A stretch of DNA of 64,000 bases from Candidatus Woesearchaeota archaeon (GTDB taxonomy: Archaea; Nanobdellota; Nanobdellia; SCGC-AAA011-G17; JAFCDX01): contig JAFCDX010000001.1 in assembly GCA_017609465.1 (NCBI GenBank), forward strand, positions 26,459 through 90,458. Direction: 5' to 3'. Shown here piece by piece: positions 1 to 8,375 of the stretch. Position 1 is the stretch's first letter; every line of letters starts with the position of its first letter. The notes under the pieces were generated by a model, which did not search any database, had not been told where the DNA came from, and was given only the letters and a program-made list of their open reading frames with translations. The position numbers and the translations under genes are program-made.

Positions 1-764
1 GCTTTACAGCTTAAATCAAGACATTCATATTCTCCATTTTCATTCTTTCCACAAGTTGTCTGCTCATTAACATAATCACAATTTTCTGCAACGTCTTCTG
101 GATTTCCTGCTGAATCAAACCAATAAACATCATCACTTCCAGGAAGACATCCTTTTTTATGTTGAGGAACAACATCACATATCAAGTTTTGGTCTGAACA
201 ATATCTGTTTTTAAAGAATCCAGTACCACTCAAGTCAGTTCCTGTTTTTAATTCACAATTTGCTCTTGTTGTATATGTGCAAGTATCAGAACTTGTTACA
301 CAACACCCTTTGTCAGAACTTCTTGCCAAAGTAACACATTCTGCCTCATCCTTAATGTTTTCCTTGAACACCATCTCCAAATCAGGATAATTGGAAGTTT
401 CCTTTTTACATCTTGTTTGAGTAACCAATGAAGCTTCATTACCAATTATACAACATCCAACCTGGCATTGAGGCAATTCTTCAGGTGAACCTTCTCCAAA
501 TGAGGTTTGCTCCTGTTCTGCGCATGTTGCCAAAGGCATATTCTCATAACATCTTCCATCTTCAAGACTGAAACAAGTTCCCGGCTTACAAAAAGATGTA
601 AATGCACAGTTAGTCGGAGCGCTCTTTCCTTCTGATGAACATTCAGAGCTGTCAACATACTGGCAAGTATTTCCATCAATAGTTCTCTCACAACATACAG
701 GCTCTGCATTAACAAAATTAATTAAAAATAATAATGCAATTCCAATTAATAATAATCTTTTCAT
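1..764 (-). CDS. Cys-rich secreted giant-protein paralog, N-terminal part only (gene runs off the left edge)
   Basis: ATG at 764 forms an ATGA overlap with the stop of 761..1525. My translation MKRLLLIGIALLFLINFVNAEPVCCERTIDGNTCQYV...QVGCCIIGNEAS...DKGCCVTSSDTCTYTTRANCE...VYWFDSAGN stays open to position 1. It is colinear with the N-terminus of the 1564..4878 protein. Track ORF 446..715 is a wrong-frame fragment. Confidence 0.75.
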   Translation of the reverse strand, partial: MKRLLLIGIALLFLINFVNAEPVCCERTIDGNTCQYVDSSECSSEGKSAPTNCAFTSFCKPGTCFSLEDGRCYENMPLATCAEQEQTSFGEGSPEELPQCQVGCCIIGNEASLVTQTRCKKETSNYPDLEMVFKENIKDEAECVTLARSSDKGCCVTSSDTCTYTTRANCELKTGTDLSGTGFFKNRYCSDQNLICDVVPQHKKGCLPGSDDVYWFDSAGNPEDVAENCDYVNEQTTCGKNENGEYECLDLSCK

Positions 765-1525
765 CCAGTTTCACCTTCTATTGCAAATTGAAAAATATAA
801 TCTGAGTTTCTTTCATTTAATACATATATTTTATCAGGATATTCCTTTTGATCAACAAATATTTCAACTTCTCCTCTGTTAGCAATCATATAAGGTACAC
901 TTAAAAAAACACCATTGTTTGCTTCTTCATTAACTATATCATAAGTTGTATCTAATAATTTTCCCAAAGGATGGTCAATCAATTCAGAGAAATCCTTTAA
1001 TTCTACTCTTTTATCCCCTCTTTTCAAAGCAACAGGATAACTTACTTCCACAAAAACACCATTTTCTCTTATATCAACACTAGATTCAAATTCAGCATCT
1101 TCAATATCAGGAAAGAAATTTAATAATTGTTCTGACATACTTTCAACATCAACACATGAAGGAACTTCTGAATTCAAGTAATCTTCAATTTCTTTTTCAA
1201 CTTCATTCTCAAAAACCATGTTATTCAAACATTCAGGAGCATTTGGAATATTATAACATAAATAATTTACCCTATAACCATTATGCATTCTATAATTTTC
1301 AGGATTTATAGTTCCACCCTGCTTCCCAATTAACTCAGAAACCTCTTCTAATTTCTCCTGAGTGCATGCTTTTGCCTCTCTTTCAATAACATCTATTTTA
1401 TTACCCAAGTAACTTTGAGGATCAATTCCTATCCCAGCCTGTCTTAAAGCGAATATAAGTATTACAACAATCACTATCACCAATCCAATTATCATAAAAG
1501 TAGTTACTTGTCCTCTTTTTTTCAT
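761..1525 (-). CDS. Class III (prepilin-like) signal peptide protein, cassette copy 2
   Basis: The N-terminus MKKRGQVTTFMIIGLVIVIVVILIF has basic residues, then G-Q, then a hydrophobic helix, as in archaeal type IV prepilin signals. It is a paralog of 4871..5644 and 44952..45686. Confidence 0.7.
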   Translation of the reverse strand: MKKRGQVTTFMIIGLVIVIVVILIFALRQAGIGIDPQSYLGNKIDVIEREAKACTQEKLEEVSELIGKQGGTINPENYRMHNGYRVNYLCYNIPNAPECLNNMVFENEVEKEIEDYLNSEVPSCVDVESMSEQLLNFFPDIEDAEFESSVDIRENGVFVEVSYPVALKRGDKRVELKDFSELIDHPLGKLLDTTYDIVNEEANNGVFLSVPYMIANRGEVEIFVDQKEYPDKIYVLNERNSDYIFQFAIEGETG

Positions 1526-1560
1526 ACATTATCTTAAGAAAGTTAATTTATAAAATTTTT
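1475..1560. repeat. 86-nt near-identical block (5' coding end plus upstream region), copy 1
   Basis: It differs from 5594..5679 at 3 of 86 positions by my manual alignment. Confidence 0.85.
1547..1554 (-). promoter_or_regulatory. TATA-like box TTTATAAA 22 nt upstream of the ATG at 1525
   Basis: An A/T box sits at fixed spacing. The same element is at 5666..5673. Confidence 0.45.
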
Positions 1561-1563
1561 GTT

Positions 1564-4500
1564 TTATACATGAACAACATGCAAAGGCATATCATTTCCA
1601 AAGGAATCTCTGCATTGGATGTAATAATTTGACAAGCCCCAATCAGCATAAAATTCATTGTCCACTTTGCTCATTTCTGTTCCTTCTGAGTCAAAACTGA
1701 AATCAGAATCAGAGTATTTGCAGGTAACCTCATTTAAATCCTTTATAATTATTTTTAATTTATTAAAAGAACTGTCATATAACACTTTCTCTAATACTGG
1801 CGCTGTATTATCAATGCTTCCATAAACGCTTATTGAACCTGTAGCTATATTTCCTGCAACATCAACACATCTCACATAATAAGTGTTAATCCCTTCATTA
1901 ACAATTAAATCAGGTTGTGAATGCAACGCACTATGAGAATTGAAAAACTCATCCTGCATACAGCCTTCTGTATCGCATATACTGCTGTAAGAGCATACTG
2001 CATTTCCTGTTTCTGCACCACCAGATGTTTTTGCTTCAAGAGTAATTTCATTTGTGAAACAATTCAATTTTCCTTCTGAATCTGTTCTGCATCTGTCTGA
2101 CAATACATTTACAGAATCCAAATTAAGAGGCTGTGTTTTTGTAATTGTATATTGAACAGGACTATTAACATTTCCTGAATTATCCTTGCATGAAACATAA
2201 AATATATTTGCTCCATCCTGAATTCCTGGAAGAACCCCTTCACATTTTTGCATTTCCAAGTTTGATGAAGGGGTAGCACAAACAAACCTGTTTGTCATTT
2301 GTTCATAAATTATATTTTCATTGCTCCATTTACAACCAGCATCAGCATTTCTTTCATCCACCAATTCATTTACATACAATCCTACATTAACCTCTTCATT
2401 AAAGCTTGCAACATACCAGTTGTTTTTTGGGTCAAATTTCTCTATTATCGGTGGCGTCAAGTCTGGTGCTTCATTTATTGTGAACTTTATTACATAATCT
2501 ACAATGCTTTCCATTCCACTTATTGCATTCTCGCATTTTACATGATATCTATGTGTTTTTCCATCTTCCAAATTATATAATGTTATATTATGTTTATAAC
2601 CTGATCTTCCATTACTAAAACTATTGGAATATACTGGATTTTGAACATCAAACTCATCTCCTTCTTCATAATAACATCTTGATAATAATGGATCACCATA
2701 TTCATTTACTGTTGCAATACCAAAACTAACTTTAGTGTATTCTTTTATTGTTCCTAATATTTCATAGCCTTGAACTCCATTGGATTTTATTCCGCATGTT
2801 CCTGAATAGCATTCAACATCCAATGCACCATTATCTGGTTTTATTAATGGAGGTATTTGGTCTTCTTCTGAAGCTGGAATACATACTGGTCCTTGTGAAG
2901 AATCTCTTATGTATTGGCAACCTGTTCCCAATGAATTACAAGTATATTCATTACACTCATAACCTTCAATTATTTCCCCATTCTTGTCAGGAAGTAATCC
3001 CCCTTCAGATATAGAAGTGTGGCACATTTCACAGTTTTCAGAGCCTGTTGGAGGTCTCCATTTTTGACATGAAGTTGAAACAGTTGTTATGTCATGTTCT
3101 GTTAAAATTTCTAAAATTATATTTACTACAATATAAATTGTTACTGCTATTGCTATTGCAGACAATACAACTCCAAAAGTACTCATCGCACCAAGTCCTG
3201 TTGGACCAAATGCTGTACTCATGCCTTCAATAAAACCAGGACCAAAATTAGGTATTAATGCACCCACAAAATTTTCAACAAAAACTACAGCAGGAGCATT
3301 AGCCGCAGTCCACCACGCAAGACTTTGTATTATCCCATAACCATATAAAGTTGTTAAAGTAACACCTAATGTTCCTAAAGCAAAAGTAAAATCAGCATCA
3401 TTGATTAATTGATCCATCCACTCTGGTTTTTCAAAATATTCTATATAACCCCCAACACCAGAATATTTAAAATCATCACAATTTCCTGTAAGACCCTCAT
3501 AAATATATCTAAGACATTTTTCACCATGGGTTTTTCCACAATTTCTTCTAAAACCCTTATATGAGAAATCACAAGCTACATTATAATCAGCACCACAATC
3601 TCCCATTGCTTTGCACAAAGAATTTGTGTTAATTAAAAACCCACTACTTAATGCTTCTTCGTTTTCAACTATTTCCCAATCTTCTCCAGGCTCTTTTTCC
3701 CAAGCAACTTGCGTAACTACTTCTGCTGCCATACATTCACCCACATCATCATCAGAATAACCAGGAGGATTTAATGGAATGCATCTGTCTGCAATCCAAC
3801 CACAATCTCCCAAGTCAGGATTTTCACATTCTTCTTTATTATAAAAATAACAATTATCATACCTATTATCTTTGCAATAACTAGTTCCCATAACGGTTCC
3901 TGTTTCAGGGTCTGTAACATCAGTATACATGCAAACTTGTTCCCTATAATCATCACAAGGATATGCAATCTCTTCCCCTAAAACACATTCGTGTCTATAG
4001 TGAATAGAACCAGGAAGATCTTTTCCAGGACCTGTAGCACTTTGATAAGAACACCATGATTCACCATGCAGTCTTTCACTTCTCATATCATCCATAAAAG
4101 GATTTTGCCAAATATCACTACAAGTTATATCTCTACAAACATATTCTTCTTCATCACCATTTCCATTTTGATCATTAATATCTGTAGCACACAATTCCCT
4201 GAACTCTTCACATTCTTGTGCCATCTCTTCCTGATTTCCGCATGAATCATACCAATATAAATTATCTTCATCAACTAATCCGCATGCCTTATAAGAATGT
4301 TTTTCACAATCAGAATCATCCAACTGAGAACAATATCTATTATTATTAAAATCTCCCTGTATATTATCACATTGTTCTCTTGTAGTATAAGTAAATGAAC
4401 CATCCCTAACACAACAACCTTTGTCTGCTTTAACGCATTCATAAGTGCAGGTATTTTTATTATTTATATTTGATTTAAAGTTATCAGAACCCATATCAGT

Positions 4501-4878
4501 ACATTGTGCTTCTGTAGATAAAACACAATTAGTGCCTAAAACACAACATCCTTGAGAACATTCTTGAACTTGTGAAAGAGGCCTGTCAAACCATTGTCCT
4601 CCTTCTCCTTCGCATGTTGCTTTAGGAACATTAGAAGAGCATTCATTATCAAGATAACAAGTTCCTAATTTACAAAAAGTGGTATCTGAACAAGACAAAA
4701 CATTTGGAGTAAAAACACTCGTAGAACAAGGATTGTTTGAAGTAGGAGCTTGGCAATATTCATCTCCCACCTGTTCACAACAGCCAACAGCACTTACAGG
4801 TTCTGCACTCAATAAATAAACAGTAAAACTAGTCAAAATTATCAATGTTATTTGGAATATTGCCTTAAATTTATTCAT
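1564..4878 (-). CDS. Giant (1104 aa) Cys-rich envelope protein with signal peptide, GCC repeats, central hydrophobic hairpin and four Ig-like repeats
   Basis: Signal peptide is ...LLSAEPVSA. Three GCC-x-C modules follow. Hydrophobic segments map to about 3085-3405. The motif [YF]Y[VI]xCxDxxGN recurs four times in the C-terminal half. The start overlaps the upstream stop by 8 nt. Confidence 0.85.
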   Translation of the reverse strand: MNKFKAIFQITLIILTSFTVYLLSAEPVSAVGCCEQVGDEYCQAPTSNNPCSTSVFTPNVLSCSDTTFCKLGTCYLDNECSSNVPKATCEGEGGQWFDRPLSQVQECSQGCCVLGTNCVLSTEAQCTDMGSDNFKSNINNKNTCTYECVKADKGCCVRDGSFTYTTREQCDNIQGDFNNNRYCSQLDDSDCEKHSYKACGLVDEDNLYWYDSCGNQEEMAQECEEFRELCATDINDQNGNGDEEEYVCRDITCSDIWQNPFMDDMRSERLHGESWCSYQSATGPGKDLPGSIHYRHECVLGEEIAYPCDDYREQVCMYTDVTDPETGTVMGTSYCKDNRYDNCYFYNKEECENPDLGDCGWIADRCIPLNPPGYSDDDVGECMAAEVVTQVAWEKEPGEDWEIVENEEALSSGFLINTNSLCKAMGDCGADYNVACDFSYKGFRRNCGKTHGEKCLRYIYEGLTGNCDDFKYSGVGGYIEYFEKPEWMDQLINDADFTFALGTLGVTLTTLYGYGIIQSLAWWTAANAPAVVFVENFVGALIPNFGPGFIEGMSTAFGPTGLGAMSTFGVVLSAIAIAVTIYIVVNIILEILTEHDITTVSTSCQKWRPPTGSENCEMCHTSISEGGLLPDKNGEIIEGYECNEYTCNSLGTGCQYIRDSSQGPVCIPASEEDQIPPLIKPDNGALDVECYSGTCGIKSNGVQGYEILGTIKEYTKVSFGIATVNEYGDPLLSRCYYEEGDEFDVQNPVYSNSFSNGRSGYKHNITLYNLEDGKTHRYHVKCENAISGMESIVDYVIKFTINEAPDLTPPIIEKFDPKNNWYVASFNEEVNVGLYVNELVDERNADAGCKWSNENIIYEQMTNRFVCATPSSNLEMQKCEGVLPGIQDGANIFYVSCKDNSGNVNSPVQYTITKTQPLNLDSVNVLSDRCRTDSEGKLNCFTNEITLEAKTSGGAETGNAVCSYSSICDTEGCMQDEFFNSHSALHSQPDLIVNEGINTYYVRCVDVAGNIATGSISVYGSIDNTAPVLEKVLYDSSFNKLKIIIKDLNEVTCKYSDSDFSFDSEGTEMSKVDNEFYADWGLSNYYIQCRDSFGNDMPLHVVHV

Positions 4879-5644
4879 GCTCTCTCACACCTTTTATTGC
4901 AAATTGAAATTCATAATTCGAATCTTTTTGTTTTACCTTGTATATTGTATCCGGATAAACCTTGTAAACATAAATAACATATTCGTTTCCATTAGTCAAT
5001 GTATAACCTACAGGGTCAAAAACACCCAAGTTAGATTCAGATTCCAAAATATCCTTAACAGCATCCTGTATCAAACCAAGGGGAATATCAAGTTTTGAAT
5101 CAAAATTCTCTACACTTAATCTTACACCTTTCCTTTCTAATGTCAAAGGATAAGTTACATTAAATAAAACATTTTCATCATTAATATTTATATCAAAATC
5201 AAATTCACCTACATTAATATCATATGCGTTATCATCTCTAAAGGAATTTACGTCAATGCATGACTGCAATCTTTCAAACAAGTATCCATAAAGTTCATCT
5301 TCCAGTTGTTTTTCAGTAAGCATATGATTCTCGCACATTTCAGATTCAGGAATTTGGAAACATAAATAAGAAATCTTGTTATCTTTGAATAATATATAAT
5401 CAACAGGATCAAAATTTCCTCCTTGTTTTCCCAATAATATTAAAGCAGGTCTTGTTTCCTCTTCAACGCATTGTTTTATATGCCTATCAATGGATTCAAT
5501 TTTATTATTAAGAATGTTTCTTGTAGCCTGCTCCCCCAATATAGATTCATAGATAGAATTCTTGAAAAAGAATAAAACTATGATAGCAATTATTATCACC
5601 AATCCAATTATCATAAAAGTAGTTACTTGCCCTCTTTTTTCCAT
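4871..5644 (-). CDS. Class III (prepilin-like) signal peptide protein, cassette copy 1
   Basis: The N-terminus is MEKRGQVTTFMIIGLVIIIAIIVLFFF. It shares GKQGG, YLC, PLG, YPDxIY and FQFAIxG motifs with 761..1525. Confidence 0.7.
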   Translation of the reverse strand: MEKRGQVTTFMIIGLVIIIAIIVLFFFKNSIYESILGEQATRNILNNKIESIDRHIKQCVEEETRPALILLGKQGGNFDPVDYILFKDNKISYLCFQIPESEMCENHMLTEKQLEDELYGYLFERLQSCIDVNSFRDDNAYDINVGEFDFDININDENVLFNVTYPLTLERKGVRLSVENFDSKLDIPLGLIQDAVKDILESESNLGVFDPVGYTLTNGNEYVIYVYKVYPDTIYKVKQKDSNYEFQFAIKGVREHE

Positions 5645-5679
5645 ATATTATCTTAAGAAAGTTAATTTATAAAATTTTT
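5594..5679. repeat. 86-nt near-identical block, copy 2
   Basis: Matches 1475..1560 (83/86 identical by eye). Confidence 0.85.
5666..5673 (-). promoter_or_regulatory. TATA-like box TTTATAAA 22 nt upstream of the ATG at 5644
   Basis: It lies inside the conserved 86-nt block, immediately after the PCNA stop. Confidence 0.45.
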
Positions 5680-6416
5680 TATTCATTGGAAACTCTTGGA
5701 GCTAATAAAAAAGATAAATTCATCTTGTCTTTTATTAAATATTCCACTTTTAATGGATAATCTTTGTCAAAAGACAATAAAACACTGTCAGTCAATCTAG
5801 AACCTTTCATCATTTTTTTCAAATACTCTATGGAATATTTTGACTGCGCTTCACCAGTATTTGTTATAACATTTACATCATTTCCTGGTTCTAATTCAAC
5901 ATTTGCCATGCTGAAATTCCCCTCTGTTGTAAGCATGAATTTATTGTCCTTTAAAGCAATATTAACAGAATCAGAAACAATTCCCATGTCCTCTATAGCT
6001 TCATTGAAAAGAATGTTGTTTACTTCAAGTCTTATGGGGAAATTCAAATCAGGAACCTTTTGCTCATTATCCTGTATGCTTATCAATGAAAGATTGAAGT
6101 TTCTTGTTGTTTCCCCTTTAATTGTTACTTTTAGTTTATTATCTTCTGTTTCCAAAATTAAAGTATCGCTTGGCTTTGCCCTTTTTAATATATTTTTTAA
6201 ATTTTCAAGATTTACTGCAATTTCATCATCATCAGATTCATATTCAGAAAAAACAGTGTTTAACAAATTAAAAACAACCATTGCTACATTCGCAGGATCC
6301 ATTGCAACTAGTTCTATCTTGTCCTTTTTTACCTTTAACTTAACTTCGCTAACTAATTCAGATATTATTGAAATAGGCTCTTTCAAATATCTTGGCTCGT
6401 TTAATACTAATTTCAT
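5679..6416 (-). CDS. pcn: DNA polymerase sliding clamp PCNA
   Basis: 245 aa with an archaeal PCNA-like sequence (MKLVLNEPRYLKEPISIISELVSE...VAMDPANVAMV...) and typical length. Confidence 0.9.
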   Translation of the reverse strand: MKLVLNEPRYLKEPISIISELVSEVKLKVKKDKIELVAMDPANVAMVVFNLLNTVFSEYESDDDEIAVNLENLKNILKRAKPSDTLILETEDNKLKVTIKGETTRNFNLSLISIQDNEQKVPDLNFPIRLEVNNILFNEAIEDMGIVSDSVNIALKDNKFMLTTEGNFSMANVELEPGNDVNVITNTGEAQSKYSIEYLKKMMKGSRLTDSVLLSFDKDYPLKVEYLIKDKMNLSFLLAPRVSNE

Positions 6417-6483
6417 TTTCCTCTAACTTAAGATTTCTAAAATAAACTAGTATAAATATATTGTGATGATTTAAAATATATTA

Positions 6484-6915
6484 TCATGAACCCCCAAGAT
6501 ATGAAGGTACCATAGGACTTATATAAGGCCATACATAAGGTGCTATAACAACTAATGTAGATATTATTATTGTATGGGTCCAATGCTCTGCCATTCCTCT
6601 CGCAGCTAAACCCCCACCCCTTATTGCAGAAGAAGTCGCATGCATTTTAATATTTAATATGATACCAATAGCAATCCTTACTGCCAAAGGACTTCCTATC
6701 AATGGAATCCCTGAATCAATCAAGCCAGTTATATTAAGAAAATATTCTGTGTTCATTGTAGCAAACAATGCGATTATCATTACACCCACTGCATGAAGAC
6801 CGTGTCCAAACCAATGGCTCCCCCTGAAATTCAAATCTCCATGTATAAGAATCAATTCATACAAACCTAATACCACCCCCATCACAAAAACTGGAATTAA
6901 TATCAATTCAGCCAT
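6484..6915 (-). CDS. Small polytopic membrane protein, function unknown
   Basis: 143 aa with about four hydrophobic helices and several His. A TATA-like box lies 20 nt upstream. Confidence 0.6.
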   Translation of the reverse strand: MAELILIPVFVMGVVLGLYELILIHGDLNFRGSHWFGHGLHAVGVMIIALFATMNTEYFLNITGLIDSGIPLIGSPLAVRIAIGIILNIKMHATSSAIRGGGLAARGMAEHWTHTIIISTLVVIAPYVWPYISPMVPSYLGGS

Positions 6916-6934
6916 ATATAAATTAAATAAATTT

Positions 6935-6944
6935 TATATTTAAA
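6935..6944 (-). promoter_or_regulatory. TATATTTAAA box 20 nt upstream of the ATG at 6915
   Basis: This recurrent motif keeps the same spacing at several genes. Confidence 0.5.
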
Positions 6945-6949
6945 TGTTT

Positions 6950-7258
6950 CTAATAATCTCTCCATCTGTAAGAGCATTTAGTACATTCAAAAAATCTTGT
7001 TTCAGGCTCATCAGAGCTTCTTGTTTGTTGTAACCAATAATATGCTTCCTTATTCCCACACTTGGGACATTCTTCCTTTGTCTTTGGAAGAGACATTTTT
7101 CTTTTTTGCTTTATTTCAATGTCTTTTTTTACTTTAGCCTCTTCCTTTATAACAGCCTCTCTATCTTTAGAAACATATCCACAAGAGCACACTAGCTTTG
7201 TGGTTCTAGGGCCCTGCTCAGGTACAAGTATACTTCCACAACGCGGACAAAATTGAAT
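6950..7258 (-). CDS. tfs: Transcription factor S (TFS / RpoM-like), extended upstream of the track ORF
   Basis: The C-terminal Zn ribbon is CPKCGNKEAYYWLQQTRSSDEPETRFFECTKCSYRW. An in-frame upstream segment encodes the N-terminal ribbon QFCPRCGSILVPEQGPRTTKLVCSCGY. There is no ATG/GTG/TTG in that segment. An ATT at 7258-7256 lies 7 nt after GAGGT. Confidence 0.8.
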   Translation of the reverse strand: MQFCPRCGSILVPEQGPRTTKLVCSCGYVSKDREAVIKEEAKVKKDIEIKQKRKMSLPKTKEECPKCGNKEAYYWLQQTRSSDEPETRFFECTKCSYRWRDY

Positions 7259-7263
7259 TTTTC

Positions 7264-7833
7264 TTACCTCACTATTAAGTTGAATAAATCAACTGCTAAT
7301 ATCTTTACCCATCCAAACCAAGGTAATCTTATATAAGCTTTTCCATATATTTTTTCTTCAGATATATTCAACTCATCCTGTCTAGAATCTCTGTTATTAT
7401 CCCCTTTTGTCTGATATGTGCCATCTTCATTTATTTCAACAACTCTATGAATAATAGGATAAGGCAAAGAACCCTTAAACACTATTATATCACCAACTTC
7501 AATATTCCCATAACCATGCAAGGCTACAATATCCCCTTTATTAAATCCATTTTCTAATGGAAAATTGTCAAATTCCTCTTTAGTTATATCATTATCCAAA
7601 TACCATTCTTTGTTTTCTTCCCACCATTCATCAAAATCCATAGAATTATGCTCCATACTTCCAGAAACAACAGCAACTATTGGGAAGTGTGTTGCAAATA
7701 ACAACCCCAACCCCGGGTATAATAAATATTTTACTATCAGAAATGCCAATATTAAATTAACCAAAAATGAAGCAAAACTGTCTTCATGCCAAATGAAATT
7801 CCATGTTCTTTTCAATGTTTTCTTAAAACTCAT
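7264..7833 (-). CDS. Signal peptidase I (archaeal/Sec11 type)
   Basis: Has an N-terminal TM helix and the motifs SGSMEH, GDIIVF, HRV and KGDNN. Confidence 0.85.
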   Translation of the reverse strand: MSFKKTLKRTWNFIWHEDSFASFLVNLILAFLIVKYLLYPGLGLLFATHFPIVAVVSGSMEHNSMDFDEWWEENKEWYLDNDITKEEFDNFPLENGFNKGDIVALHGYGNIEVGDIIVFKGSLPYPIIHRVVEINEDGTYQTKGDNNRDSRQDELNISEEKIYGKAYIRLPWFGWVKILAVDLFNLIVR

Positions 7834-8375
7834 TTTTGAAAATAGATATATTATGTATTAAAAGCTTTTTGTTTTACTATTTTGTATTTGATAAATCTTT
7901 ATTAATAGTTATATTAGTAATTATCCATGTATTTTGAATTCAAGAATTTGGAAAGAAAAAAAGAGATAATCTCGTTGAGAAATTTTTTTATTAAAGCAAA
8001 ATTTGAATTATCCAAGATATGATGAATGGGTTCAAAGAACAGAATCTGAATTAAATGAAGGATATAAAATGTAATGATGTCATTTAGTGAAGGTATACTT
8101 GTTGGAGATCTAATATACCAGCTACATAAGGAAATTTCAAATTTATTAGAACTCAAAAATATAAGGATTCATCCTTCTATAAGAAACAGATATTTTGCAT
8201 TTTTTATGCTAAAACAAATAGAGAAAGAAAATAGCGGAGAATACATAGGTATAATAGGGGTGTAAGAAGTGACCAAAATAATATGATAAATCTTTTATTA
8301 AAGTGGGTATACTTTAACAGAAAAATTACATTTATATGATATGATCATAATCTTGATTTCATATTCTTCAAGGAT

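Noticed and set aside
446-715. 89-aa minus-strand ORF from the track
   Set aside because: It is in the wrong frame. The frame starting at ATG 764 is open to the window edge and is homologous to the 1104-aa protein.
5764-6426. 220-aa ORF on the plus strand
   Set aside because: It is fully antisense to the well-supported PCNA gene. Its translation is low-complexity and S/F/L-rich, typical of shadow ORFs in AT-rich DNA.
8019-8049. ATGATGA ... CTGA, a possible C/D box sRNA
   Set aside because: There are only 20 nt between the boxes, with no C' or D' boxes and no terminal stem. It is too short for an archaeal C/D sRNA.
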